Source: a virus (Duplodnaviria > Heunggongvirae > Uroviricota > Caudoviricetes). Taken from it: a DNA stretch of 9,606 nucleotides. Position 1 is the first letter of the stretch. Every line of letters begins with the position of its first letter. Below are positions 1 to 6,459 of this stretch, piece after piece. The notes under the pieces are model-generated. The model worked only from the letters and a program-made list of their open reading frames with translations. It was not told where the DNA came from and searched no databases. The translations under genes were made by a program, and so were the position numbers. The stretch is from the IMG/VR virus record IMGVR_UViG_2541047901_000004, positions 1 through 9,606 of that record, one strand, 5' to 3'.

Positions 1-1239
1 ATGGGCAGCGCAATTCATAGACTTAGCGATACTTTTTTACGAAAATTAAGCGGATCACCAGCCACAAAAAACGCCTTTTTTAATGACGGTGGCAATCTTA
101 GCGTAAGACATTCCACCAGCGGCCTTTTAACCTGGTATTTCACTTACAGGGCCGGAACTGGTAGGCAGGTATCACCTGAACGTCTGAGGCTGGGCAATTA
201 TCCCGATCTGAGCCTGAAAGCAGCCAGGGAAAAAGCGGCACAGTGTCGCGCCTGGCTGGCGGAGGGGAAAAATCCACGCCATGAGCTTAATCACACAGTG
301 CAGGAAGCGTTATCACCTGTGACGGTTAAGGAAGCGCTCACTTACTGGCTTGAGTCGTATGCGAAGGAAAAGCGCACAGACTACGAATCTCTGAAGAGCC
401 GGATCAATAAACACATAATCAGCCAGATTGGCGCTATGCCGCTGGAGAAATGCGAGCTACGGCACTGGCTGGCCTGTTTTGATCAGATGGCAAAGCTAAG
501 CCCTGTATCTGCCGGATTTTTGCTACAGGTATGCAAGCAGGCGCTTAAATACTGCCGCAAACGTCGCTACGCAATCAGCAACGTTCTTGATGATATGGTT
601 GTCGGTGATGTGGGAAAAAAAGCAGAAGTGAGCGAGCGCGTACTAACAAACAAGGAGCTTGGGGAATTACTCCGCGCCCTGGATGACAAAATATTCCCGC
701 CGTACTACAGCGCTCTGATTCGCCTCCTGATTGTTTTTGGATGCCGTACCACTGAGCTAAGACGCTCTGAGGTGCAGGAGTGGGATTTTAAGGAAATGCT
801 CTGGACAGTGCCGAAGGAGCACAGCAAAACGAAGGTCGCCATATTCAGGCCAATACCGGAAAGCATTTTGCCGTTCGTCACGCAGCTGGTGGAGCAGAAC
901 CGACGCACGGGTTTATTGCTTGGTGAACTGAAAGGGCAATCTTCGGTAGCAGAGTACGGAAGAACAGCGCACAGGCGCATTAATCAAGCCCCCTGGTCGT
1001 TGCATGACATCCGGCACACATTTACAACCATGCTGAACGATTTAGGCGTGGATCCGCATATTGTCGAGCAGCTTACAGCCCACCAGATGCCAGGGATGCA
1101 ACGAGTCTATAACCACTCCCGTTATCTCGATGCGAAACGTGATGCTCTTAATCTATGGGTAGACCGTCTCGAGCTTCTCCAGAACAATGATGAAAAAATC
1201 GTTGTTATGACCCCGCGAATTTACCACCAAAATTCTTGA
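1..1239 (+). CDS. int: Tyrosine site-specific integrase, P4 / IntA-like family
   Basis: 412-aa ORF. N-terminal region shows the P4-integrase pattern (LSDTFLRKL...DGGNLSVRHSTSGLLTWYFTYR). C-terminal catalytic region has HDIRHTFTT (His-x-x-Arg box) and RVYNHSRYLD (candidate catalytic Tyr). The ATG at position 1 leaves a short N-terminal lead typical of the family, so the gene is probably complete, but upstream sequence is not visible. Confidence 0.9.
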   Translation: MGSAIHRLSDTFLRKLSGSPATKNAFFNDGGNLSVRHSTSGLLTWYFTYRAGTGRQVSPERLRLGNYPDLSLKAAREKAAQCRAWLAEGKNPRHELNHTVQEALSPVTVKEALTYWLESYAKEKRTDYESLKSRINKHIISQIGAMPLEKCELRHWLACFDQMAKLSPVSAGFLLQVCKQALKYCRKRRYAISNVLDDMVVGDVGKKAEVSERVLTNKELGELLRALDDKIFPPYYSALIRLLIVFGCRTTELRRSEVQEWDFKEMLWTVPKEHSKTKVAIFRPIPESILPFVTQLVEQNRRTGLLLGELKGQSSVAEYGRTAHRRINQAPWSLHDIRHTFTTMLNDLGVDPHIVEQLTAHQMPGMQRVYNHSRYLDAKRDALNLWVDRLELLQNNDEKIVVMTPRIYHQNS

Positions 1240-1622
1240 CAAATCACGGCTGTTTTTTCTTTAAGAGATTACAGCCGTGAATAAATCGGTAAATATCGAC
1301 AAAATTCGTTGATTTTTTATTTGTCAATCATCGAAAAAATTGAAATGTGCTCTTATTAATCTTTATTTTCTGTTTCTTGATTCTTCCAATGGCTGATTGA
1401 TTTATCTCTTTGTTTTACATTGGATAAATCAGGCGAACTGCCAGATGACGACATTTTTTTGTTGCGTCTCTGAAAAACTCGTGACACGATTTTAAACACT
1501 AACGAGCTTCTACGAACCTTAGCGAACATAGCTTTTGGCAAGGTTGTGTCTTTAATCTAAGAGGTGAAAAATAATTTAAGCTATCTCCGGTCTCATATAT
1601 CTACAGCTAGACAAAAGTTTAT

Positions 1623-1859
1623 ATGCGTAAATTTTATGTAGGTTTTTGTATGCGTGAAATAAATGAAGATCGCGTAATTCGCGAAAAAGAGTGCAGAGAG
1701 CTAACAGGCGTTTGCCGCACAACCCGTTATGAGATGGAAAAGCAAGGTCGGTTTCCTTCCCGCATTAGTCTGGGTGGTCGTTCAGTTGGCTGGGTAAGAT
1801 CTGAGGTTGTTGCATGGGTTAATAACCGTAAGCGTGTCAATGTTGGTAAGACTGCCTGA
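1623..1859 (+). CDS. alpA: AlpA-family small DNA-binding regulator (prophage excision/transcription activator type)
   Basis: 78-aa ORF. The core RVIREKECRELTGVCRTTRYEMEKQGRFPSRISLGGRSVGWVRSEVVAWV matches the AlpA layout (HTH followed by the SVGW motif). An alternative ATG at 1650 would give 69 aa; neither start has a strong SD. Same orientation and position relative to int as in CP4-57-like elements. Confidence 0.75.
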   Translation: MRKFYVGFCMREINEDRVIREKECRELTGVCRTTRYEMEKQGRFPSRISLGGRSVGWVRSEVVAWVNNRKRVNVGKTA

Positions 1860-1872
1860 GGTTGTTGCAATG

Positions 1873-1906
1873 GTACATAAAACAAAGGCGACCGGTGGCG
1901 GTCGCC
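1873..1906 (-). terminator. Intrinsic terminator for the minus-strand small operon
   Basis: Perfect 8-bp GC-rich stem GGCGACCG / CGGTCGCC with a 4-nt loop (1887-1906). On the minus strand it is followed by TTTGTTTTATG (complement of 1873-1886). Confidence 0.55.
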
Positions 1907-1970
1907 AGTGGATACACACTAAACATAAGCCCGTGCATCATAGCGATTTGCTGGCTGGTGGGCAATTTGA

Positions 1971-2159
1971 TCAGTCAGATTCGGTTCGTTCCCAGGTTTG
2001 CAATGAGCGCTTTTCCCTGTACTCTTTAAGGAATTGCTCAAGGGCAAAAGCACATGGCGCGAATCTTTCTGATTCATGCTCTATCTTTCTGCGCCGTCTT
2101 TTCCGTGTCGGTGATAATGTTTTGGTCAATTCTTTATCGGTCATTGTGTTGTCCTGCAT
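1971..2159 (-). CDS. Hypothetical small charged protein (second gene of the minus-strand operon)
   Basis: 62-aa ORF (57 aa from the internal ATG at 2144, which has an AGGA-like SD). Lies between the RHH gene and the minus-strand terminator. No recognisable motif; basic RKRRRRK stretch. Confidence 0.3.
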   Translation of the reverse strand: MQDNTMTDKELTKTLSPTRKRRRRKIEHESERFAPCAFALEQFLKEYREKRSLQTWERTESD

Positions 2160-2201
2160 AGCAATGCGCCGTAGTTACTCACACCACGGCGCTGGTGATG
2201 G

Positions 2202-2381
2202 TTATTCCTGCTCTTTGGCCTTTCGGCGCTGGCGGCGTTTGATCTCACCTTCAAGCGCCGAAACGATAAATTGCCCAGTGCTTTCGCCTTCTTCCTTTAA
2301 ATTTTCTACAGCGTCAGCTATTGCATGGGGTACTCGTGCCTCAAGTTTTTTGGATTTTCCATTAACTGCTTTCGTTGCCAT
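2202..2381 (-). CDS. Small ribbon-helix-helix-like DNA-binding protein (candidate repressor of the element)
   Basis: 59-aa protein from the ATG at 2379-2381 (minus), with AAGGAAA SD 7 nt upstream. MATKAVNGKSKKLEARVPHAIADAVENLKEEGESTGQFIVSALEGEI fits a beta-strand/helix/helix RHH pattern. Divergent from the rightward replication operon. The longer 117-aa version in the ORF track would run into the repeat region and looks non-coding. Confidence 0.55.
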   Translation of the reverse strand: MATKAVNGKSKKLEARVPHAIADAVENLKEEGESTGQFIVSALEGEIKRRQRRKAKEQE

Positions 2382-2402
2382 ATCTGATTTCCTTGTTATT
2401 AG

Positions 2403-2485
2403 GTGGCTGACAGTATACACACAAGAAAATAGAAAAACACTATTGACGTGGCTGACACCTGTCACTAGCATAGTGGCTGACACCT
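2403..2485. promoter_or_regulatory. Divergent promoter/operator region with three direct repeats of GTGGCTGACAC
   Basis: GTGGCTGACA at 2403-2412, GTGGCTGACACCT at 2448-2460 and 2473-2485. Candidate minus-strand -10 TATACT (complement of 2412-2417) preceded by TGTG. Candidate plus-strand -35 TTGACG (2443-2448) and -10 TAGCAT (2466-2471). The repeats overlap both candidate promoters. Confidence 0.45.
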
Positions 2486-2580
2486 TTATTAAGGTAATCG
2501 ATGAAAAGACAAAGCCCGCAGGTGCTACCAACACCAACGGGCTTCTAACCACCAACGATAGCAGAAGTATCGAGGCAGCT

Positions 2581-2784
2581 ATGAGAAATTATACCAGACA
2601 CCCGCAAGGGCGGGACTCGTACAACCTGAATAAATACATCTGGCGTTTTATCGCCCTGAGCACGGCACAACCGCGCGTGATTACCATTGAGGCCACCAGC
2701 GAACAGGAAGCACGCCAGCAATCCCCGGCTGGCTGCGTGATGGTATTCGCCGCCCGTATTCGTCAGGGGGTGAGTCATGCATAA
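2581..2784 (+). CDS. Hypothetical small protein (possible first gene of the rightward operon)
   Basis: 67-aa ORF with GAGG 6 nt upstream of the ATG. Its stop overlaps the next ORF start by 8 nt (GTGAGTCATGCATAA). No recognisable motif; it shares the frame of a long, probably spurious ORF, so coding status is uncertain. Confidence 0.3.
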   Translation: MRNYTRHPQGRDSYNLNKYIWRFIALSTAQPRVITIEATSEQEARQQSPAGCVMVFAARIRQGVSHA

Positions 2785-3004
2785 AATACCCTTTGATGTT
2801 CTTGTTCATTCTGAAAACGCATTAATCCGCGCAAAGGAAATGGACGCATTACTACTTAAGTTAATTGATGTGCCGGAAAGTGGCGATGAATCTGATTCAA
2901 TGATGTTTTCTGCCGTGCGTACGCTATTAACGCCTGTTATTAATGAATTAAATACAGTGATGGCAATTCACGAGAATAATAAAGCGCAGCACACCGGAGA
3001 ATAA
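2777..3004 (+). CDS. Hypothetical small acidic protein
   Basis: 75-aa ORF preceded by GGGGGTGAG. Tightly packed in the operon leading to the replication gene. No motif recognised. Confidence 0.5.
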   Translation: MHKIPFDVLVHSENALIRAKEMDALLLKLIDVPESGDESDSMMFSAVRTLLTPVINELNTVMAIHENNKAQHTGE

Positions 3005-3009
3005 AAAAC

Positions 3010-3291
3010 ATGAAAAATAAAAATTCTGGCGTTACTGCCAGCGGCCCCGCTCGTCCTGAATTTATGAACGGCGATATTTACCGCGATAAATATGGCGGCA
3101 TGGTAACGATTAAAGGCGTGGCAGAACGGCGCATCACCTACCGCCGTGAAGGTTACGAATATGATTGCGTGATGCCTGTTTATCAATTCCGGCGTGATTT
3201 CACGCTGGTGGGCCATCGTAAAGCCGTAAATCAGAAACGTGCAGCAAGTCATATCCGCAAAATCCGTGAAATGCTGGTCGCAGGGGGGTAA
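3010..3291 (+). CDS. Hypothetical small basic protein
   Basis: 93-aa ORF with GGAGA 11 nt upstream. Stops 3 nt before the replication-gene ATG. No motif recognised. Confidence 0.55.
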   Translation: MKNKNSGVTASGPARPEFMNGDIYRDKYGGMVTIKGVAERRITYRREGYEYDCVMPVYQFRRDFTLVGHRKAVNQKRAASHIRKIREMLVAGG

Positions 3292-3294
3292 GAA

Positions 3295-5049
3295 ATGAAA
3301 CTGGCACCGAACGTAAAAAAACAGCCTCGCGGAATAAAACACGAACAAACCGAAGTGATCATTTTTGCGGGTAGTGATGCTTGGTCACACGCGAAACAGT
3401 GGCAGGAACACGACGCGCGTACAGCCGGAGATAATGAGCCTCCTGTGTGGCTTGGAGAGCAGCAGCTATCCGAACTGGATAATCTACAGATTGTACCGGA
3501 AGGCCGAACATACGCTCGTATCTACAGAGCCGGACATCTTGCGCCTGTAATGATTAAGGCGATTGGTCAGAATCTGGCTGCGGCAGGCGTACAGGATGCA
3601 AATTTTTACCCTGAGGGAATGCACGGTAAGAAGGTGGAGAACTGGCGCGAATATCTGGCCCGTGAACGCCAGAATCTTTCTGATGGGCTGGTTATTGAGC
3701 TTCCGGTAAAGCAAAAAATGCAGCTTTCGCAGATGGCGGACAGTGAGCGCGCGCAACTGCTTGTCGATCGCTTTGATAGCGTTTGTGTGCATCCGGAAAG
3801 TGAAATCATCCACGTCTGGCGCGGCGGGGTATGGTGTCCGGTCAGCACAATGGAACTGAGCCGCGAAATGGTGGCGATTTATTCAGAACATAAAGCCACT
3901 TTCAGCAAGCGCGTAATCAGTAACGCCATTGAAGCGTTAAAAGTTATTGCCGAACCAATGGGCGAGCCGTCCGGTGATTTGCTGCCGTTCGCTAATGGCG
4001 TGCTTGACCTGAAAACAGGGGAATTTTCCCCGCACTCGCCTGATAACTGGATCACCACACACAACGGCATTGAGTACACGCCGCCAGTACCAGGGGAGAA
4101 TATCCGCGACAACGCGCCAAACTTTCATAAATGGCTTGATCACGCAGCCGGAAAAGACCCGGGCAAGATGATGCGCATATGTGCCGCGCTATACATGATT
4201 ATGGCGAACCGGTACGACTGGCAGATGTTTATTGAGGCCACAGGAGACGGCGGGAGCGGCAAGAGTACATTTACGCACATAGCCAGCCTTCTGGCAGGGA
4301 AACAGAACACAGTAAGCGCTGAGATGACATCGCTTGATGATGCTGGTGGGCGTGCGCAGGTTGTCGGGAGTCGGCTTATCGTCCTGGCAGACCAGCCGAA
4401 ATATACAGGCGAAGGAACGGGCATCAAGAAAATCACGGGCGGCGACCCCGTGGAAATTAACCCGAAATATGAAAAGCGTTTTACGGCGGTAATCAGGGCG
4501 GTGGTGCTGGCAACCAATAACAATCCGATGATATTCACCGAACGGGCCGGAGGTGTGGCACGTCGTCGGGTGATATTCCGGTTCGATAACATCGTAAGCG
4601 AGGCAGAAAAAGACAGGGAGCTACCGGAAAAGATCGCGGCTGAAATCCCTGTCATTATCCGCCGCTTGCTGGCGAACTTTGCCGACCCTGAAAAGGCACG
4701 GGCTTTACTCATTGAACAGCGTGACGGTGATGAAGCACTGGCAATAAAGCAACAGACGGATCCGGTTATTGAGTTTTGCCAGTTCCTGAATTTTCTGGAG
4801 GAAGCACGCGGCCTGATGATGGGCGGCGGTGGCGATTCAGTGAAGTACACGACCAGAAACAGCCTTTACCGCGTCTATCTGGCGTTTATGGCGTACGCAG
4901 GCAGGAGCAAACCGCTAAACGTAAATGACTTTGGCAAGGCTATGAAGCCAGCTGCGAAAGTTTACGGACATGAATATATTACGCGGAAAGTTAAGGGAGT
5001 AACGCAGACTAACGCAATAACAACAGACGAGTGCGACGCGTTTTTATAA
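3295..5049 (+). CDS. Replication initiator: D5_N-like region plus SF3 (P4 alpha / D5-type) helicase with C-terminal domain
   Basis: 584 aa, GGGGGG SD 6 nt upstream. Walker A GDGGSGKST (about 4243-4269), Walker B RLIVLADQ, motif C VVLATNNNP. Upstream LPFANGVLDLKTGEFSPH resembles the D5_N region of phage/plasmid primase-helicases. The N-terminal ~230 aa could not be assigned to a primase fold by eye. Confidence 0.85.
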   Translation: MKLAPNVKKQPRGIKHEQTEVIIFAGSDAWSHAKQWQEHDARTAGDNEPPVWLGEQQLSELDNLQIVPEGRTYARIYRAGHLAPVMIKAIGQNLAAAGVQDANFYPEGMHGKKVENWREYLARERQNLSDGLVIELPVKQKMQLSQMADSERAQLLVDRFDSVCVHPESEIIHVWRGGVWCPVSTMELSREMVAIYSEHKATFSKRVISNAIEALKVIAEPMGEPSGDLLPFANGVLDLKTGEFSPHSPDNWITTHNGIEYTPPVPGENIRDNAPNFHKWLDHAAGKDPGKMMRICAALYMIMANRYDWQMFIEATGDGGSGKSTFTHIASLLAGKQNTVSAEMTSLDDAGGRAQVVGSRLIVLADQPKYTGEGTGIKKITGGDPVEINPKYEKRFTAVIRAVVLATNNNPMIFTERAGGVARRRVIFRFDNIVSEAEKDRELPEKIAAEIPVIIRRLLANFADPEKARALLIEQRDGDEALAIKQQTDPVIEFCQFLNFLEEARGLMMGGGGDSVKYTTRNSLYRVYLAFMAYAGRSKPLNVNDFGKAMKPAAKVYGHEYITRKVKGVTQTNAITTDECDAFL

Positions 5050-5063
5050 TTTTTTGTAATTGC

Positions 5064-5289
5064 TGTCTACCCTGTCTACCTGAGTAAATAAAAATACATT
5101 TAATTCAGTGCATTAAGTTAGGTAGATAGCCTTTTTTTACTGTCTACCCACTATCTCCCCTCTCTACCTGATTTTACCTGAATCAGACAGGGAGGTAGAC
5201 ACGGGGTAGATAGTGGATAAAAGCACTCTACCCCGCTGAAAGCCGCGCCATTACTGGCATGAGGGCCACTAAGGTAGATAAGGTAGACA
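5064..5289. repeat. Iteron cluster, putative origin of replication
   Basis: Octamer GGTAGAYA and its complement TGTCTACC at 5064, 5073, 5141 (TGTCTACC) and 5121, 5194, 5205, 5273, 5282 (GGTAGAYA), plus degenerate copies near 5151, 5162 and 5226. Opposite orientations flank an AT-rich core (5081-5120). Sits immediately 3' of the helicase gene. Confidence 0.65.
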
Positions 5290-5337
5290 AGGGGAGGCAC
5301 AACTCAAAACTTTTTAAACGAGGGGGTAAAAATAAAT

Positions 5338-5616
5338 ATGCACACTTCAGGGAAATTTAATAAATCACTCAAAAAACGCAGAGACAGAACAGAACCGAAA
5401 TATCGCGCGTTAGACATGACAGAGCACGCTTTAAAGGTGGCAATCAGAACGATAGACCGCCACGCGGGGGAAGGATACGCGAAAGCACATCCCGAACTGA
5501 TAAGCGCATTCATGACCACGACGGCGGCAAATTTTGCCACGCTGACAGAGCGGGAGATTGCCGAAGCGGAACAGGTAACAACCATCAACGTTAAAACCGG
5601 AGAGCAGACAGCATGA
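5338..5616 (+). CDS. Hypothetical protein, translationally coupled to the SSB-like gene
   Basis: 92-aa ORF with GAGGGGG SD. Its stop overlaps the next start in ATGA (5613-5616). No motif recognised. Confidence 0.5.
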   Translation: MHTSGKFNKSLKKRRDRTEPKYRALDMTEHALKVAIRTIDRHAGEGYAKAHPELISAFMTTTAANFATLTEREIAEAEQVTTINVKTGEQTA

Positions 5617-6035
5617 CAGCACAGATAGCGGCTTACGGGCGGCTGGTGGCTGACCCGCAGTTAAAGACCACCAGCAAAGGGACACAAATGGCGATGGCGA
5701 GTATGGCGGTTCCCCTGCCGTGCAGCCAGGCAGATGACGGAACGGCGACAATGTGGTTATCCGTTCTGGCGTTTGGTAGGCAGGCCGACGCACTGGCAAA
5801 ACACCACAAAGGCGAACTGGTGAGCGTGGCGGGTAACATGCAGGTAAGCCAGTGGACAGGCCAGAACGGCGAAATACGGCAGGGCTGGCAGGTTATCGCA
5901 GACAGTGTAATCAGTGCCAGAACGGCGCGACCAGGTGGTAAAAAAGGCCAACAGGGGCAGGCCACTGACGCACTGAACAGGGCAAAACAACAGGCGGGAA
6001 ATGATGATCCGTACGGGGATAACATACCGTTTTAA
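5613..6035 (+). CDS. ssb: Short single-stranded-DNA-binding (SSB)-like protein with conserved C-terminal IPF tip
   Basis: 140 aa. The OB-fold region aligns by eye to E. coli SSB (GRLVADPQLK...TQMAMASMAV ; WLSVLAFGRQADALAKHHKGELVSVAGNMQVSQWTGQNGEIRQGWQVIADSV). The C-terminus DDPYGDNIPF resembles the SSB tail DFDDDIPF. The Gly/Gln-rich linker is much shorter than in host SSB. Confidence 0.8.
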   Translation: MTAQIAAYGRLVADPQLKTTSKGTQMAMASMAVPLPCSQADDGTATMWLSVLAFGRQADALAKHHKGELVSVAGNMQVSQWTGQNGEIRQGWQVIADSVISARTARPGGKKGQQGQATDALNRAKQQAGNDDPYGDNIPF

Positions 6036-6051
6036 GCAACGAGTAACAGAG

Positions 6052-6073
6052 GCCGGAGCAATCCGGCTTTTTT
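6052..6073 (+). terminator. Intrinsic terminator after the replication/SSB operon
   Basis: Stem GCCGGA / TCCGGC with loop GCAA, followed by TTTTTT (6068-6073), 17 nt after the ssb stop. Confidence 0.6.
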
Positions 6074-6074
6074 A

Positions 6075-6144
6075 CGGGTCCTCCCGGTGTAGTGACCTGC
6101 CACGGGGCGGGAGCGGCGCGGAAAAAGGCTGGTTTTTGCATTTT
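6075..6144 (+). repeat. Copy 1 of a 70-bp conserved element (putative late-operon regulatory site)
   Basis: CGGGTCCTCCCGGTGTAGTGACCTGCCACGGGGCGGGAGCGGCGCGGAAAAAGGCTGGTTTTTGCATTTT. Matches 8611-8680 at 68 of 70 positions. Contains an imperfect dyad (CTCCCG ... CGGGAG). Confidence 0.8.
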
Positions 6145-6191
6145 CATGGCGGCGGCAGCATGTGTGATAATTTATTGATAATTAAAAATTA

Positions 6192-6292
6192 TTTCTGTTT
6201 TCACCTGTACAATATTTTTTTCTCCCTGTCATTAGATCAGTTTGCAATTAATTGAAATATATAAATAAATCTGTTTTTCACCTGCCAGGTGG
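6192..6292. promoter_or_regulatory. Leader region with direct repeats TCTGTTTT(T)CACCTG and a CACCTG-C-CAGGTG palindrome
   Basis: TCTGTTTTCACCTG at 6194-6207 and TCTGTTTTTCACCTG at 6270-6284. Perfect inverted repeat CACCTGcCAGGTG at 6279-6291. Extended -10-like TGTGATAAT at 6163-6171 lies upstream. Confidence 0.3.
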
Positions 6293-6334
6293 AGTTGCCT
6301 GTGTCAAAACGTGTTCAGATGGCGGGATATTTAT

Positions 6335-6357
6335 GCCGGATTTTCTCCGGCTTTTTT
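6335..6357 (+). terminator. Intrinsic terminator/attenuator inside the leader of the capsid operon
   Basis: Stem GCCGGA / TCCGGC (same arms as the 6052 terminator) with loop TTTTC, followed by TTTTTT (6352-6357). Lies about 100 nt upstream of the next start codon. Confidence 0.45.
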
Positions 6358-6459
6358 GTGTCTGAATCTTATTAATCTATTTTTATGATAGAAATATGTT
6401 TATCTACCACTTTTATCGATCAATAATGTGCACAGTTTAGTCAGTAAGAGGAAGTTACT

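Noticed and set aside
1356-1541. 61-aa minus-strand ORF in the int-alpA spacer
   Set aside because: TTG start without SD, AT-rich low-complexity sequence, no motif; more likely regulatory DNA.
1807-2784. 325-aa + strand ORF spanning the alpA 3' end through the divergent control region
   Set aside because: Begins at a TTG, has no SD, a low-complexity Ser/Arg-rich translation, and overlaps the better-supported minus-strand RHH gene, its terminator and the operator repeats. Only its last 67 codons (2581-2784) are kept as a low-confidence CDS.
2968-3348. 126-aa minus-strand ORF opposite the 93-aa + strand gene
   Set aside because: Phe-rich antisense-type translation, no SD, and it overlaps two + strand genes that have good SD sites and operon context.
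4140-4850. 236-aa minus-strand ORF antisense to the helicase gene
   Set aside because: Lies entirely inside the strongly supported helicase CDS on the opposite strand; the Pro/Ser/Arg-rich translation is typical of antisense frames of GC-rich coding DNA.
6001-6255. 84-aa + strand ORF across the ssb 3' end, terminator and conserved element
   Set aside because: Reads straight through a terminator hairpin and the repeated element; no SD; an artefact of an open frame in non-coding DNA.
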